From NCBI GenBank assembly GCA_913043225.1, contig CAJWLU010000005.1, positions 1 through 64,000 of the forward strand: a stretch of DNA of 64,000 nucleotides, in the 5' to 3' direction. Under the pieces are notes generated by a model, which ran no database searches, was not told the DNA's origin, and saw only the letters and a list, made by a program, of their open reading frames with translations. The stretch is from an uncultured Acidobacteriota bacterium (GTDB lineage Bacteria > Acidobacteriota > Vicinamibacteria > Vicinamibacterales > UBA8438). Shown piece after piece: positions 45,389-53,780 of the stretch; positions within the stretch are counted from its first letter, which is position 1, and every line of letters starts with the position of its first letter. The position numbers and the translations under genes are program-made.

Positions 45389-47437
45389 ATGACATCAAGA
45401 CCTTCGCGATGTATCGCACCGCTCCTCGCCGTCACGCTATTCTCTGGCTCGGCGCTAGCCCAGCAGGGCGCCGGCGACGAATGGCGCAGTCACTCGGCCG
45501 ACAACGGCGCCACCAAGTACTCGTCTCTTGACCAGATCACGGCAGATAACTTTGAAGACCTCCAAATCGCCTGGCGATGGGACACCGCCGACACTCATCT
45601 AAGTTGGCCCACGCCAGGTGGCCCATCCCTACTCCCCGCTGAAACGGTTTTCGATTTTCTGGAAGCGGAGAACCCCGATCGATGGGCCGACTGGGACGGG
45701 ATCAACCGGTCGCGCTCCCAACCTTCGATTCGCGCGCTCGTCGCCACTCCGCTGATGGTCGACGGTGTCCTGTATGTGACCACCGCCCTCTACCGGGGTG
45801 CAGCGATTGACGCGCGCACTGGCCGGACGCTCTGGGTGCACGACCCACGCGCCTACGAGTCAGGCTCGCCCCCGCCGCTCCCCTGGCGACACCGCGGCCC
45901 CGCCTACTGGGAATCAGGCGACGAGGCCCGCCTCTTCTGGGGCACCGGCGACGGCTATCTCGTCGCGGTAGACGCCGGCACCGGGGTGCCGGCGGCAGAG
46001 TTCGGGGAAGGTGGCCGTGTCGATCTGTATGACGGGCTGCCCCGGGCCACGCGAGGTCAGCTTGATGCACTAAACCTGCTTCCGCTCGGATCGCAGTCTC
46101 CGCCGATCGTCGTGGGTGATAAGGTGATCGTCGGCTCCTCCATCAACGACCGCGCGCTCCTAAAGGAGGCGCCGCCCGGATGGGTCAGGGCCTACGACGT
46201 CCGCACTGGGCGACACAAGTGGGACTTCCATACTGTGCCCCAAAGCGCCGACGAGTTCGGCGCCGACACCTGGCTGAACGACGCCTGGCGATATTCGGGC
46301 AACACCAACGTCTGGTCGCTTATGAGCGCAGACGCCGACCTCGGCTACGTGTACCTCCCGATCGGCACCGCGACCAATGACTACTACGGCGGCGACCGCC
46401 TCGGCGACAACCTCTTCTCCGAGAGCCTGGTTGCGGTCGACGCCGAAACGGGCCAACGCCAGTGGCACTTCCAGATGGTGCACCACGGGCTCTGGGACTA
46501 CGACCTACCGGCCGCCCCCAATCTGATGAACATCCAGGTGGACGGCCGCGACGTACGCGCGGTGGCTCAGGTCAGCAAACAGGGCTTCGTCTACACGTTC
46601 GATCGGGTCACTGGCGAGCCGATCTGGCCGATCGAGGAACGCCCGGTGGAGACCGACACCAATCTCGAAGGCGAAGTGGTATCGCCGAGCCAGCCGTTTC
46701 CCACTCGCCCGGCGGCCTTCGAATATCAGGGCACCGCCATCGACGACCTGATCGACTTTACCCCCGAGATCCGTCAGCTGGCGATCGACGCCGTCGACGG
46801 CTTCCGCCTGGGCCCCCTATTTACGCCACAGATGCTCGCCGGCACCGTGATGCGCCCCTCGGTCGGTGGCGGGGCCAACTGGTCTGGCGCAGCTGCCGAT
46901 CCCGAGACTGGCCTGCTGTATATCCCGTCGGTCAACGCCCACTCCACGATCGGCCTCAGCCCGCCCGGCCCGGGTGAGGAACAAGCGACGTTGCGCTACC
47001 TCCGTCGGTCACTGAGCGCCGGCCCCGTCATGCCACGAGGGCTGCCGCTGTGGAAACCGCCGTATTCGCGGATGACGGCCATCGACATGAACTCCGGGGA
47101 GCACGCCTGGATGACGCCACTCGGGAACGGTGACCGTATCAGGAATCACCCGCTACTACGTGACCTAGGCCTTCCGCCACTCGGCGGCGATTGGGGGCGT
47201 ACCGGCCCCCTGCTCACCCGCACACTGCTTATCCAGGCGCTCGTCGCGGGGGGTACCGAGGGAGGCCCTCGCCTGGTCGCCTACGACAAGGCCACGGGTA
47301 CGGAGGTCGGAACGCTCGACCTTCCAAGCAGCGTGCTGGGTGCACCGATGACCTACCGGCTCGGCGACACCCAGTATCTCGCCATGACCCTCGGGGGTCA
47401 GGTGCCAGGCTTGATCGCGCTGCACCTTCCGCAGTAG
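45389..47437 (+). CDS. Secreted PQQ-dependent dehydrogenase (quinoprotein glucose dehydrogenase-like), second paralog
   Basis: [47 protein letters not shown]. Confidence 0.85.
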   Translation: MTSRPSRCIAPLLAVTLFSGSALAQQGAGDEWRSHSADNGATKYSSLDQITADNFEDLQIAWRWDTADTHLSWPTPGGPSLLPAETVFDFLEAENPDRWADWDGINRSRSQPSIRALVATPLMVDGVLYVTTALYRGAAIDARTGRTLWVHDPRAYESGSPPPLPWRHRGPAYWESGDEARLFWGTGDGYLVAVDAGTGVPAAEFGEGGRVDLYDGLPRATRGQLDALNLLPLGSQSPPIVVGDKVIVGSSINDRALLKEAPPGWVRAYDVRTGRHKWDFHTVPQSADEFGADTWLNDAWRYSGNTNVWSLMSADADLGYVYLPIGTATNDYYGGDRLGDNLFSESLVAVDAETGQRQWHFQMVHHGLWDYDLPAAPNLMNIQVDGRDVRAVAQVSKQGFVYTFDRVTGEPIWPIEERPVETDTNLEGEVVSPSQPFPTRPAAFEYQGTAIDDLIDFTPEIRQLAIDAVDGFRLGPLFTPQMLAGTVMRPSVGGGANWSGAAADPETGLLYIPSVNAHSTIGLSPPGPGEEQATLRYLRRSLSAGPVMPRGLPLWKPPYSRMTAIDMNSGEHAWMTPLGNGDRIRNHPLLRDLGLPPLGGDWGRTGPLLTRTLLIQALVAGGTEGGPRLVAYDKATGTEVGTLDLPSSVLGAPMTYRLGDTQYLAMTLGGQVPGLIALHLPQ

Positions 47438-47447
47438 CGTCGCACAG

Positions 47448-48572
47448 ATGTCACTGCACTTCACCGAGCGTCAATCCCGCACAATCGCGGCCGCCATCAC
47501 CACGCTGTCAGCGCTGGTGATTCTCGTGGTCGTCGGCTTGCTCGCTTGGCTGGCCGCTTCGTTCCTGCGCGCCTTTTCCGGCGTCTTTCTGCCGCTGACG
47601 GTCGGCGCGGTGGCGGCAGTGGTCTCCCGGCCGTACTACGAGTGGCTTCGGAACTCGGCCAGGCTCGGGATGACCCTCGCCGTGGTGGCCGTGTTCCTGT
47701 CGGCGTTGATCCCCCTCGGGCTGTTCGGATGGTTTTTCGGGCGGATCGTGCTTGACCAGCTCGTCGGCCTTATCGCCCAAGCACCGGCGTGGTGGGACGC
47801 GGTCGAGGCCTGGCTCGAAGACCAGACCCCTCGGGCGACGGCGTTGCTAGACGGTCCCGGCAGACAACAGGTCGGCGAACTCATCGCCTCGCAGCAGGAA
47901 GCGCTCCTGGGTTGGCTCCAATCGCTGGGTAATCAGGTCGTAGCGGCCAGTCTCGGTTTCGCCCGTGGGATCGGCACCCTGCTCTCGTGGGTAATCACCC
48001 CCGTGTACTTCGCCTATTTCCTCACTACCGCGGGCATCAGGTTCGATACCGAAAAGGTTCTGCCGTTCCTCAAGCCAGACACGCGGAACGACGTCAAGTA
48101 TCTGGTGCTGGAGTTCATCGAAATCGTGGTGGTCTTCTTCCGAGGCCAGATGCTGATCGCGTTTCTACAGGGCATCCTCTATGCCGTCGGGTTCACAGCG
48201 ATCGGACTCCGCTACGGCTTCGTGATCGGCCTAGTGTTGGGCCTGCTCAATGTGATCCCGTATCTGGGCAGCATTGTCGGCCTGGCAATTGCCATCCCGC
48301 TGGCGCTCGTCCAGCCCGACGGCGGCCTCACGCTGATCGGGCTCACACTGGTGGTGTTCATCGTTGTCCAACAGGTCGAAGGGTGGTACCTAACGCCAAA
48401 GATCATGGGTAATCGCACCGGCCTCCACTTCATGGCGATTATCGTCGCCATCTTCTTCTGGGGCACCGCTCTGGGCGGCATCCCCGGGATGATTCTCGCG
48501 ATCCCACTCACCGCCTTCCTGGCATCACTGTGGCGCCTGGCCCGCCAGAAGTGGATTGCCGAAATTCTTTGA
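47448..48572 (+). CDS. AI-2E (UPF0118) family transporter
   Basis: FFRGQ, IPYLG, QQVEG..LTPKIMG, GMILAIP. Confidence 0.9.
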   Translation: MSLHFTERQSRTIAAAITTLSALVILVVVGLLAWLAASFLRAFSGVFLPLTVGAVAAVVSRPYYEWLRNSARLGMTLAVVAVFLSALIPLGLFGWFFGRIVLDQLVGLIAQAPAWWDAVEAWLEDQTPRATALLDGPGRQQVGELIASQQEALLGWLQSLGNQVVAASLGFARGIGTLLSWVITPVYFAYFLTTAGIRFDTEKVLPFLKPDTRNDVKYLVLEFIEIVVVFFRGQMLIAFLQGILYAVGFTAIGLRYGFVIGLVLGLLNVIPYLGSIVGLAIAIPLALVQPDGGLTLIGLTLVVFIVVQQVEGWYLTPKIMGNRTGLHFMAIIVAIFFWGTALGGIPGMILAIPLTAFLASLWRLARQKWIAEIL

Positions 48573-49135
48573 CCCCATGCCTCCACCCCACTCGTCTACG
48601 CACATGAGTGGTACCGCGCTAATGCTAGGCGGCGGCATTGCGCAAAGACCGCTCGCTCTCTCCATATCCAGACTCCGGCCGGCCTGGCGTATCCGATATT
48701 GGCGGGTCTCAGACCGAAGGACGTAACGTCACCCGGACCAACGGTCCGGACGGCGAACTCGTCTGGGCCTGCGCCGATAGCACAACCGGCGAGCCTCACT
48801 ATGAGGTGCCCTCAGGCAAGGAGCTATGTGCCCGGGGCGTCTTGTGGGAGGTGCAGGGCGAGGCGAGCACCCACGGCCCAAATCCAAATAATGAACACCA
48901 CACGTCACGGCGTAACCCTCCTACTCGGTGTAGGCCGTGTCTCGTCGCTCAACGCGGACGGGTAGGCATCAGGTCTAACTTCGTTCTGCGCCTGGCCCCG
49001 AATCTCGGTTAACGGTTAGCTCGAGCTGAGGTCCCCGGGATGCGCACAGCTATCATCAGCATCTACGGAGCGAGTTGCCAACCGGGCTGTGGCCCTCTGC
49101 TCTCCACAGCGCACACCTAGCGCGCCAGCCGACCG

Positions 49136-50869
49136 TTAGCCTCGGATCATCCGCGGCAGGAGCATGTGGTGACGGGGACAGATGGACGCCGGGTGTTGAT
49201 ACGCCGCCCCGGTAAAGGCCTGGAGATAGCGACGCAGCTCGGGCAATGGCACCACCTCGTCTACGAAGCCGTGCTGGGCGCAGTAGGCGGGCCGTGACGT
49301 CTGATCGTAGTGCTCGACAAGCTGGTTCATCTTGTCAATAACCGGCTCGAGCGACCGACCCGCCGCCTGCTCCTTCGCGGCCCGCCTGGAGTAGGTGGCC
49401 ACCGCGGCCGTCTCGCCGTGCATCACCTCGATTCGCGTCGCCGCCGTGCCCAGTGTGAACGCGTTGTGCCGGTTGGCGGTTGGCCCCCCCATGACGTAGT
49501 GCGCTGCAGCGGTGCCCTTTCGCAGCACGACTAGCATCATCGGCACGCCCGTCTGCTGGATCGAGTAGATCACGGCCTGCCCAAGTCCCAGCACCTCGGC
49601 CCGCTCAGCAGCCTCGCCCACATCGATGCCCGACGTGTCCTGGAACCACACGATCGGCAACCGGTCACGCCCGCACAGCGTGACGAACTCATTCATCTTG
49701 ATGAGCCCCTGCCGATACAGCTTGCCACCGATGCCGGGATAGTCGCCGTACTCCGGATAGTCCTTGCCGAGATAGCCTTGGCGGTTCCCGATGCAGCCGA
49801 CTAGCCGACCGTCTACCTTGCAGACCCCAGCAAACACTTCTGGCCCATAGTCCGGCCGGAATTCAAGACGCTCGCTTCCGTCTACCAGACGCGCCAGCAC
49901 TTCGTCGAAATCGTAGACCTCTTTTTGGTGAGCTGGCAGCAGGTGATACAAATCCTCGGGCGGGAAAGCGGGCGGACGGGCCTCTGCAGCCCGAAAGAAC
50001 TCCTCGCCGTAGGCCGGCACCGCACGCATGTACTCCTTCAGCCCGTCCAGGACCCCCGTTTCTTCCTCGTAGACCCGGGTAAAAAACCCAGTGCCATCAT
50101 GGTGAGTGGAGACGTCGCCTGGCGGACGCGCCGTGAAGTCCTTCATCTTAGCGATCAGGTCCTCGACCATCGCCGCATCGAATCCGCCTTTGGGAGCCAT
50201 GCCAGACACAATGCCAACCCCGCCGACGGCCATGTTGGCATCCTTGTGCGCCAGCAGAACCGTGGGACTGATCGACTGGTACCCGCCCCCGGCGGGATTC
50301 GTGCCATAGATGCCGGCGAGCACCGGAATCCCAGCCTGTTCTAACTCGGCGTGGCGAAAGAACGGCGTTCCGGCGCCACGCCGGTTGGCGTAAAACTTCT
50401 CCTGCTCTGGCAGCTTCGCGCCGCTGCAGTTCACCAGCCAGACAAGCGGAATATTCAGTCGAGCCGCCAGATCAGTCGCCCGGAGAATATTCTCCGACTG
50501 GCCCGGCAGCCAGGCCCCGGCGATGACCTTGTTGTCAAATCCGATGATGACGGCCCAGCGGCCTTCAATCCGACCGAGCCCATCGACGACATTGGTCGTC
50601 CCCTTGGTGTTCTCTTCAGGATTATAGAGAGTGTGTAGCGGATGCCAGGTGCCCTCGTCGACCAGATACTCGAGCCGCTGATAGACGGTCATCCACCCGC
50701 GCTGGTTAATCTTCTCGGTCGAGAACCCGGCCTCTTCAACCGCCTGAGTCGCCTCGGCGATCTCGGCCTCGACCCCCTGCAGCGCCTCGGCGCTCGCGAC
50801 CGTTCGCTTCTTCCGGCCAGGCTTGAGCGCCTTGCCGAACGCGTCCATCCGTTCGAAGTAGGGTTTCAT
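49136..50869 (-). CDS. gcdA: Glutaconyl-CoA decarboxylase subunit alpha (carboxyltransferase)
   Basis: NCSGAKL, YGTNPAGGGY, GGKLYRQGLIKMNEF, QDTSGIDVG, RKGTAAAHYVMGGP. Confidence 0.88.
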   Translation of the reverse strand: MKPYFERMDAFGKALKPGRKKRTVASAEALQGVEAEIAEATQAVEEAGFSTEKINQRGWMTVYQRLEYLVDEGTWHPLHTLYNPEENTKGTTNVVDGLGRIEGRWAVIIGFDNKVIAGAWLPGQSENILRATDLAARLNIPLVWLVNCSGAKLPEQEKFYANRRGAGTPFFRHAELEQAGIPVLAGIYGTNPAGGGYQSISPTVLLAHKDANMAVGGVGIVSGMAPKGGFDAAMVEDLIAKMKDFTARPPGDVSTHHDGTGFFTRVYEEETGVLDGLKEYMRAVPAYGEEFFRAAEARPPAFPPEDLYHLLPAHQKEVYDFDEVLARLVDGSERLEFRPDYGPEVFAGVCKVDGRLVGCIGNRQGYLGKDYPEYGDYPGIGGKLYRQGLIKMNEFVTLCGRDRLPIVWFQDTSGIDVGEAAERAEVLGLGQAVIYSIQQTGVPMMLVVLRKGTAAAHYVMGGPTANRHNAFTLGTAATRIEVMHGETAAVATYSRRAAKEQAAGRSLEPVIDKMNQLVEHYDQTSRPAYCAQHGFVDEVVPLPELRRYLQAFTGAAYQHPASICPRHHMLLPRMIRG

Positions 50870-50876
50870 GCTGGCA

Positions 50877-52034
50877 CTACCGATTCGGGGTATGTCCGCA
50901 GGCTATACCCGAGATAATCAGTTTCTGCACGTTAGACGTGCCTTCGACCACCTGCAACGACTTGGCATCCCGATAGAGCCGCTCGGCGCCGTACTCGGTC
51001 GAGTAACCGTAGGAACCAAAGATCTTCATGCACTCGTTGGCGACATGCACCGCCGCCTCCGAGGCCAGGTATTTCGCCATCGACGTCTCGTACTGATTCG
51101 GCTTACCCTGATCCTTCAGCCAAGCGGCGCGATACACGAGCATCCGGGCAGCCTCGTGCTCGACCGCCATCTCCGCAATCTGAGCCTGGACCATCTGATG
51201 GTGTGAGATCGGTTTACCGAACTGGGTCCGCTCGTTCGCATAGTCGATGGACAACTCAAGTGCAGCGCCCGCCACCCCAAGGGCGCCGGCCGCACACCCT
51301 AGGCGGGTATTGTTGAGCTGCCACATGCAGATCTTGAAGCCTTGGCCAGGTTCACCGAGCAGGGCATCCTTGGGCAGCCGGGTGCCGTTGAAGGCCATCT
51401 CGCCGGTTGGCGCACAATAGAGGCCGAGCTTCGTCTCGATGTCGGTGGCCGCAAGATCGTTCACCTTCTTCGGCTCGAGGATAAACGCGCTCATGCCTCG
51501 GTGTCTCTTCTCGGGGTCGGTCATGACGTAGAGCAAACCGGCATCCCCCTGACTCGCGTTCGACACCCAGATCTTGTTGCCCCGGAGCTCCCAGTGGTCG
51601 CCCATGTCTCGAGCGACTGTTTTCATGCTCGCGACATCAGATCCGCTCTCTGGCTCGGTCATGCCAAAAAAGCCGATCTGGCTTCCATCGACCCAGCCAG
51701 GGATGAACTTCTGCTTCTGCTCTTCGGTACCGAACTTTGCCACGGTCAGCGAGGGCCCGAGGTTCTGCATGTTGAACGGCAGCCGCCACGAAGCCGACAC
51801 ACGAGCCACCTGCTCGGCCATCAAGACCGATTCCATGAAGCCGAACCCCGTGCCGCCATACGTCTCTGGCACCGCGCACGAGAAGAACCCGAGCTCGCCC
51901 ATTCGGGCAACGCGATCGGTGCGGAACTCGTGATTCCGCTCCTCCTCCTGCAAGGTGGGCTTGATGTCGTTCTCGGCGAATTCTCGCGCCGTCTCCTGGA
52001 CCAGCCTCTGCTCTTCCGTCAGCTCGAACCGCAT
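50877..52034 (-). CDS. acd: Glutaryl-CoA dehydrogenase, non-decarboxylating type
   Basis: Acyl-CoA dehydrogenase motifs (TEPESGSD, FGSYGY); Val before the catalytic Glu (VVEGTSN); WRLPFN; position within the gcd operon. Confidence 0.75.
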   Translation of the reverse strand: MRFELTEEQRLVQETAREFAENDIKPTLQEEERNHEFRTDRVARMGELGFFSCAVPETYGGTGFGFMESVLMAEQVARVSASWRLPFNMQNLGPSLTVAKFGTEEQKQKFIPGWVDGSQIGFFGMTEPESGSDVASMKTVARDMGDHWELRGNKIWVSNASQGDAGLLYVMTDPEKRHRGMSAFILEPKKVNDLAATDIETKLGLYCAPTGEMAFNGTRLPKDALLGEPGQGFKICMWQLNNTRLGCAAGALGVAGAALELSIDYANERTQFGKPISHHQMVQAQIAEMAVEHEAARMLVYRAAWLKDQGKPNQYETSMAKYLASEAAVHVANECMKIFGSYGYSTEYGAERLYRDAKSLQVVEGTSNVQKLIISGIACGHTPNR

Positions 52035-52079
52035 CGTCTTGCCTGACCTCTCGCCTGTCCGGTGCTTCGCCCGGTCGGT

Positions 52080-52298
52080 CTATCCGTTGATGGTGGCCAG
52101 GGTGTCGTCTTCCTCCACCTGGTCACCGACCTTTACCGCCAACGCGGTCACCTCGCCATCCAAGGGCGCATAGACGACCGTTTCCATCTTCATCGCCTCG
52201 AGGACCAGCACCTCGTCGTCCTCCTCGACGGTATCGCCCACCGAGACCGCGACCGACAACACCTTCCCCGCCAACGGCGCCAACACGTCTTCAGCCAT
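52080..52298 (-). CDS. gcdC: Biotin carboxyl carrier subunit
   Basis: LEAMKME biotinylation motif; 72 aa. Confidence 0.85.
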   Translation of the reverse strand: MAEDVLAPLAGKVLSVAVSVGDTVEEDDEVLVLEAMKMETVVYAPLDGEVTALAVKVGDQVEEDDTLATING

Positions 52299-52415
52299 AT
52301 CGTCGTCCCTGCCATTCGACCGGAGACGGCGTAGCTCTCCGGCTTTCTCCTGTCTCCTGACTCGTGGCCCGGCCGGCTAAACCGGCGAACCCTGTCTCCT
52401 GAGTGCGCTCGGACG

Positions 52416-53522
52416 CTATCCTCCCAACATACTCAGAAAGATCCCAGCGGCGATCACGGTGCCGATCACGCCTGCGAGATTCGGTCCCATGGCAAACATA
52501 AGCAGGTAGTTCTTCTTGTTTGCCTCGGCTCCGATCTTGTGTACGACCCGAGCCGCCATCGGCACCGCCGACACCCCGGCGGCCCCGACAAGGGGGTTGA
52601 TCTTATCGCTGGTCACCAGGTTCATCAGCTTGGCCAGAACCAAACCGCACGCCGTGCTGACAGCGAACGCCACCAGACCGAGCACGAAGATAAAGATGAC
52701 GTCCGACCGGAGGAAGTTGTCAGCGCTCATGGTGGCGCCGACGCTAACCCCCAGGAAGATCGTCACGATGTTCATCAGAGCGTCCTGAGCTGTCTCGGCT
52801 AACCGTTCCACGACCTTCGACTCGCGAAACAGGTTACCCAGCATGAACATGCCGATGAGCGGAGCCGACGCGGGCACCAACAGGATGATCACCAGCGTGG
52901 CGGCGATCGGAAACAGCAACTTCTCCCGAGCGGTCACCTTCCGCCCCTTCTTCATCCTGATGGCGCGCTCCTGCTCGGTGGTAAGCAGCCGCATGATCGG
53001 CGGCTGGATGATCGGGGCCAGGGCCATATACGAGTAGGCCGCGACCGCGCAGGCGCCAAGGAGGTGCGGCGCCAGCTGCGCCGCGAGAAAGATCGTGGTG
53101 GGACCATCCGCGCCACCGATGATGCCAATCGTGGCCGCCTCTTCCAGAGAGAACCCGAACGCCTGGGCGGCAAAGAAGGTCAGGTAGACGCCGCCCTGCG
53201 CCGCTGCGCCGAGAAAGACCAGCCTCGGCTGTGAGAGCAGCGGCCCGAAGTCGGTATGCGCCCCCAGCCCCAAAAAGACCAACGGCGGGATCACCTCCCA
53301 CTCGACTCCGTAGCGATAGAATCGCCAAAGTAGCCCTTCCTCTGGAGTCATCAGCCCGGTCAAAGGCAGGTTGGCCAGCAGGATGCCGAATCCGATCGGC
53401 AACAGCAGCAGCGGCTCGTGCTCTTTCGCAATGGCCAGATACAGCAGCGTGAGCGCGATCGCCCACATCGCTACCATGCCGGGTGTGACCGAGAGGATCC
53501 CGAGCTGTTCGACAAAGGCCAC
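52416..53522 (-). CDS. gcdB: Na+-translocating decarboxylase subunit beta (OadB/GcdB)
   Basis: GTG 53522, 2 nt after the gcdD stop; EPLLLLPIGFG, IGIIGGADGPTT, AYSYMAL, GVSAVPMAARV, AMGPN. Confidence 0.92.
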   Translation of the reverse strand: MAFVEQLGILSVTPGMVAMWAIALTLLYLAIAKEHEPLLLLPIGFGILLANLPLTGLMTPEEGLLWRFYRYGVEWEVIPPLVFLGLGAHTDFGPLLSQPRLVFLGAAAQGGVYLTFFAAQAFGFSLEEAATIGIIGGADGPTTIFLAAQLAPHLLGACAVAAYSYMALAPIIQPPIMRLLTTEQERAIRMKKGRKVTAREKLLFPIAATLVIILLVPASAPLIGMFMLGNLFRESKVVERLAETAQDALMNIVTIFLGVSVGATMSADNFLRSDVIFIFVLGLVAFAVSTACGLVLAKLMNLVTSDKINPLVGAAGVSAVPMAARVVHKIGAEANKKNYLLMFAMGPNLAGVIGTVIAAGIFLSMLGG

Positions 53523-53524
53523 GG

Positions 53525-53659
53525 TCAGTCCGCAGAGAAGGCGCCCCTGGGCGCCTTCTCGCCCAGGCGCGCAAGGAGCTTCATCATCAGATAGAGCAAC
53601 CCGATGCCGGCAAAGACACCGACCAGACCGCTGACGCAGACATTTACTGCTGGACTCAT
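53525..53659 (-). CDS. gcdD: OadG/GcdD-like single-TM subunit, 44 aa (below the ORF-track cutoff)
   Basis: MSPAVNVCVSGLVGVFAGIGLLYLMMKLLARLGEKAPRGAFSAD*; GxxxVF hydrophobic helix directly upstream of the beta subunit. Confidence 0.72.
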   Translation of the reverse strand: MSPAVNVCVSGLVGVFAGIGLLYLMMKLLARLGEKAPRGAFSAD

Positions 53660-53698
53660 GGGCGATCGGCGGGCGCAAGGTCACCCAGCCAACGTTTG

Positions 53699-53704
53699 AT
53701 TATA
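53699..53704 (-). promoter_or_regulatory. Putative -10 box (TATAAT) of the gcd operon
   Basis: Perfect TATAAT about 40 nt upstream of the gcdD ATG, in an AT-rich patch; no consensus -35. Confidence 0.4.
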
Positions 53705-53780
53705 TGTTGACGTGCCGCGGCAGCCGGCCCCGGATGCTTGCGCCCTGACCGGCAGTGCGGTACAAGCTCCTCAAGAACTG

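Noticed and set aside
48596..49012. Track ORFs in the intergenic gap; also tmRNA or RNase P RNA
   Set aside because: The ORFs lack an RBS and recognisable motifs; I saw no tRNA-like ends or RNase P P4 signature.
49136..53659. Oxaloacetate or methylmalonyl-CoA decarboxylase
   Set aside because: The alpha subunit has GcdA-type motifs, and the operon contains a glutaryl-CoA dehydrogenase-like gene.
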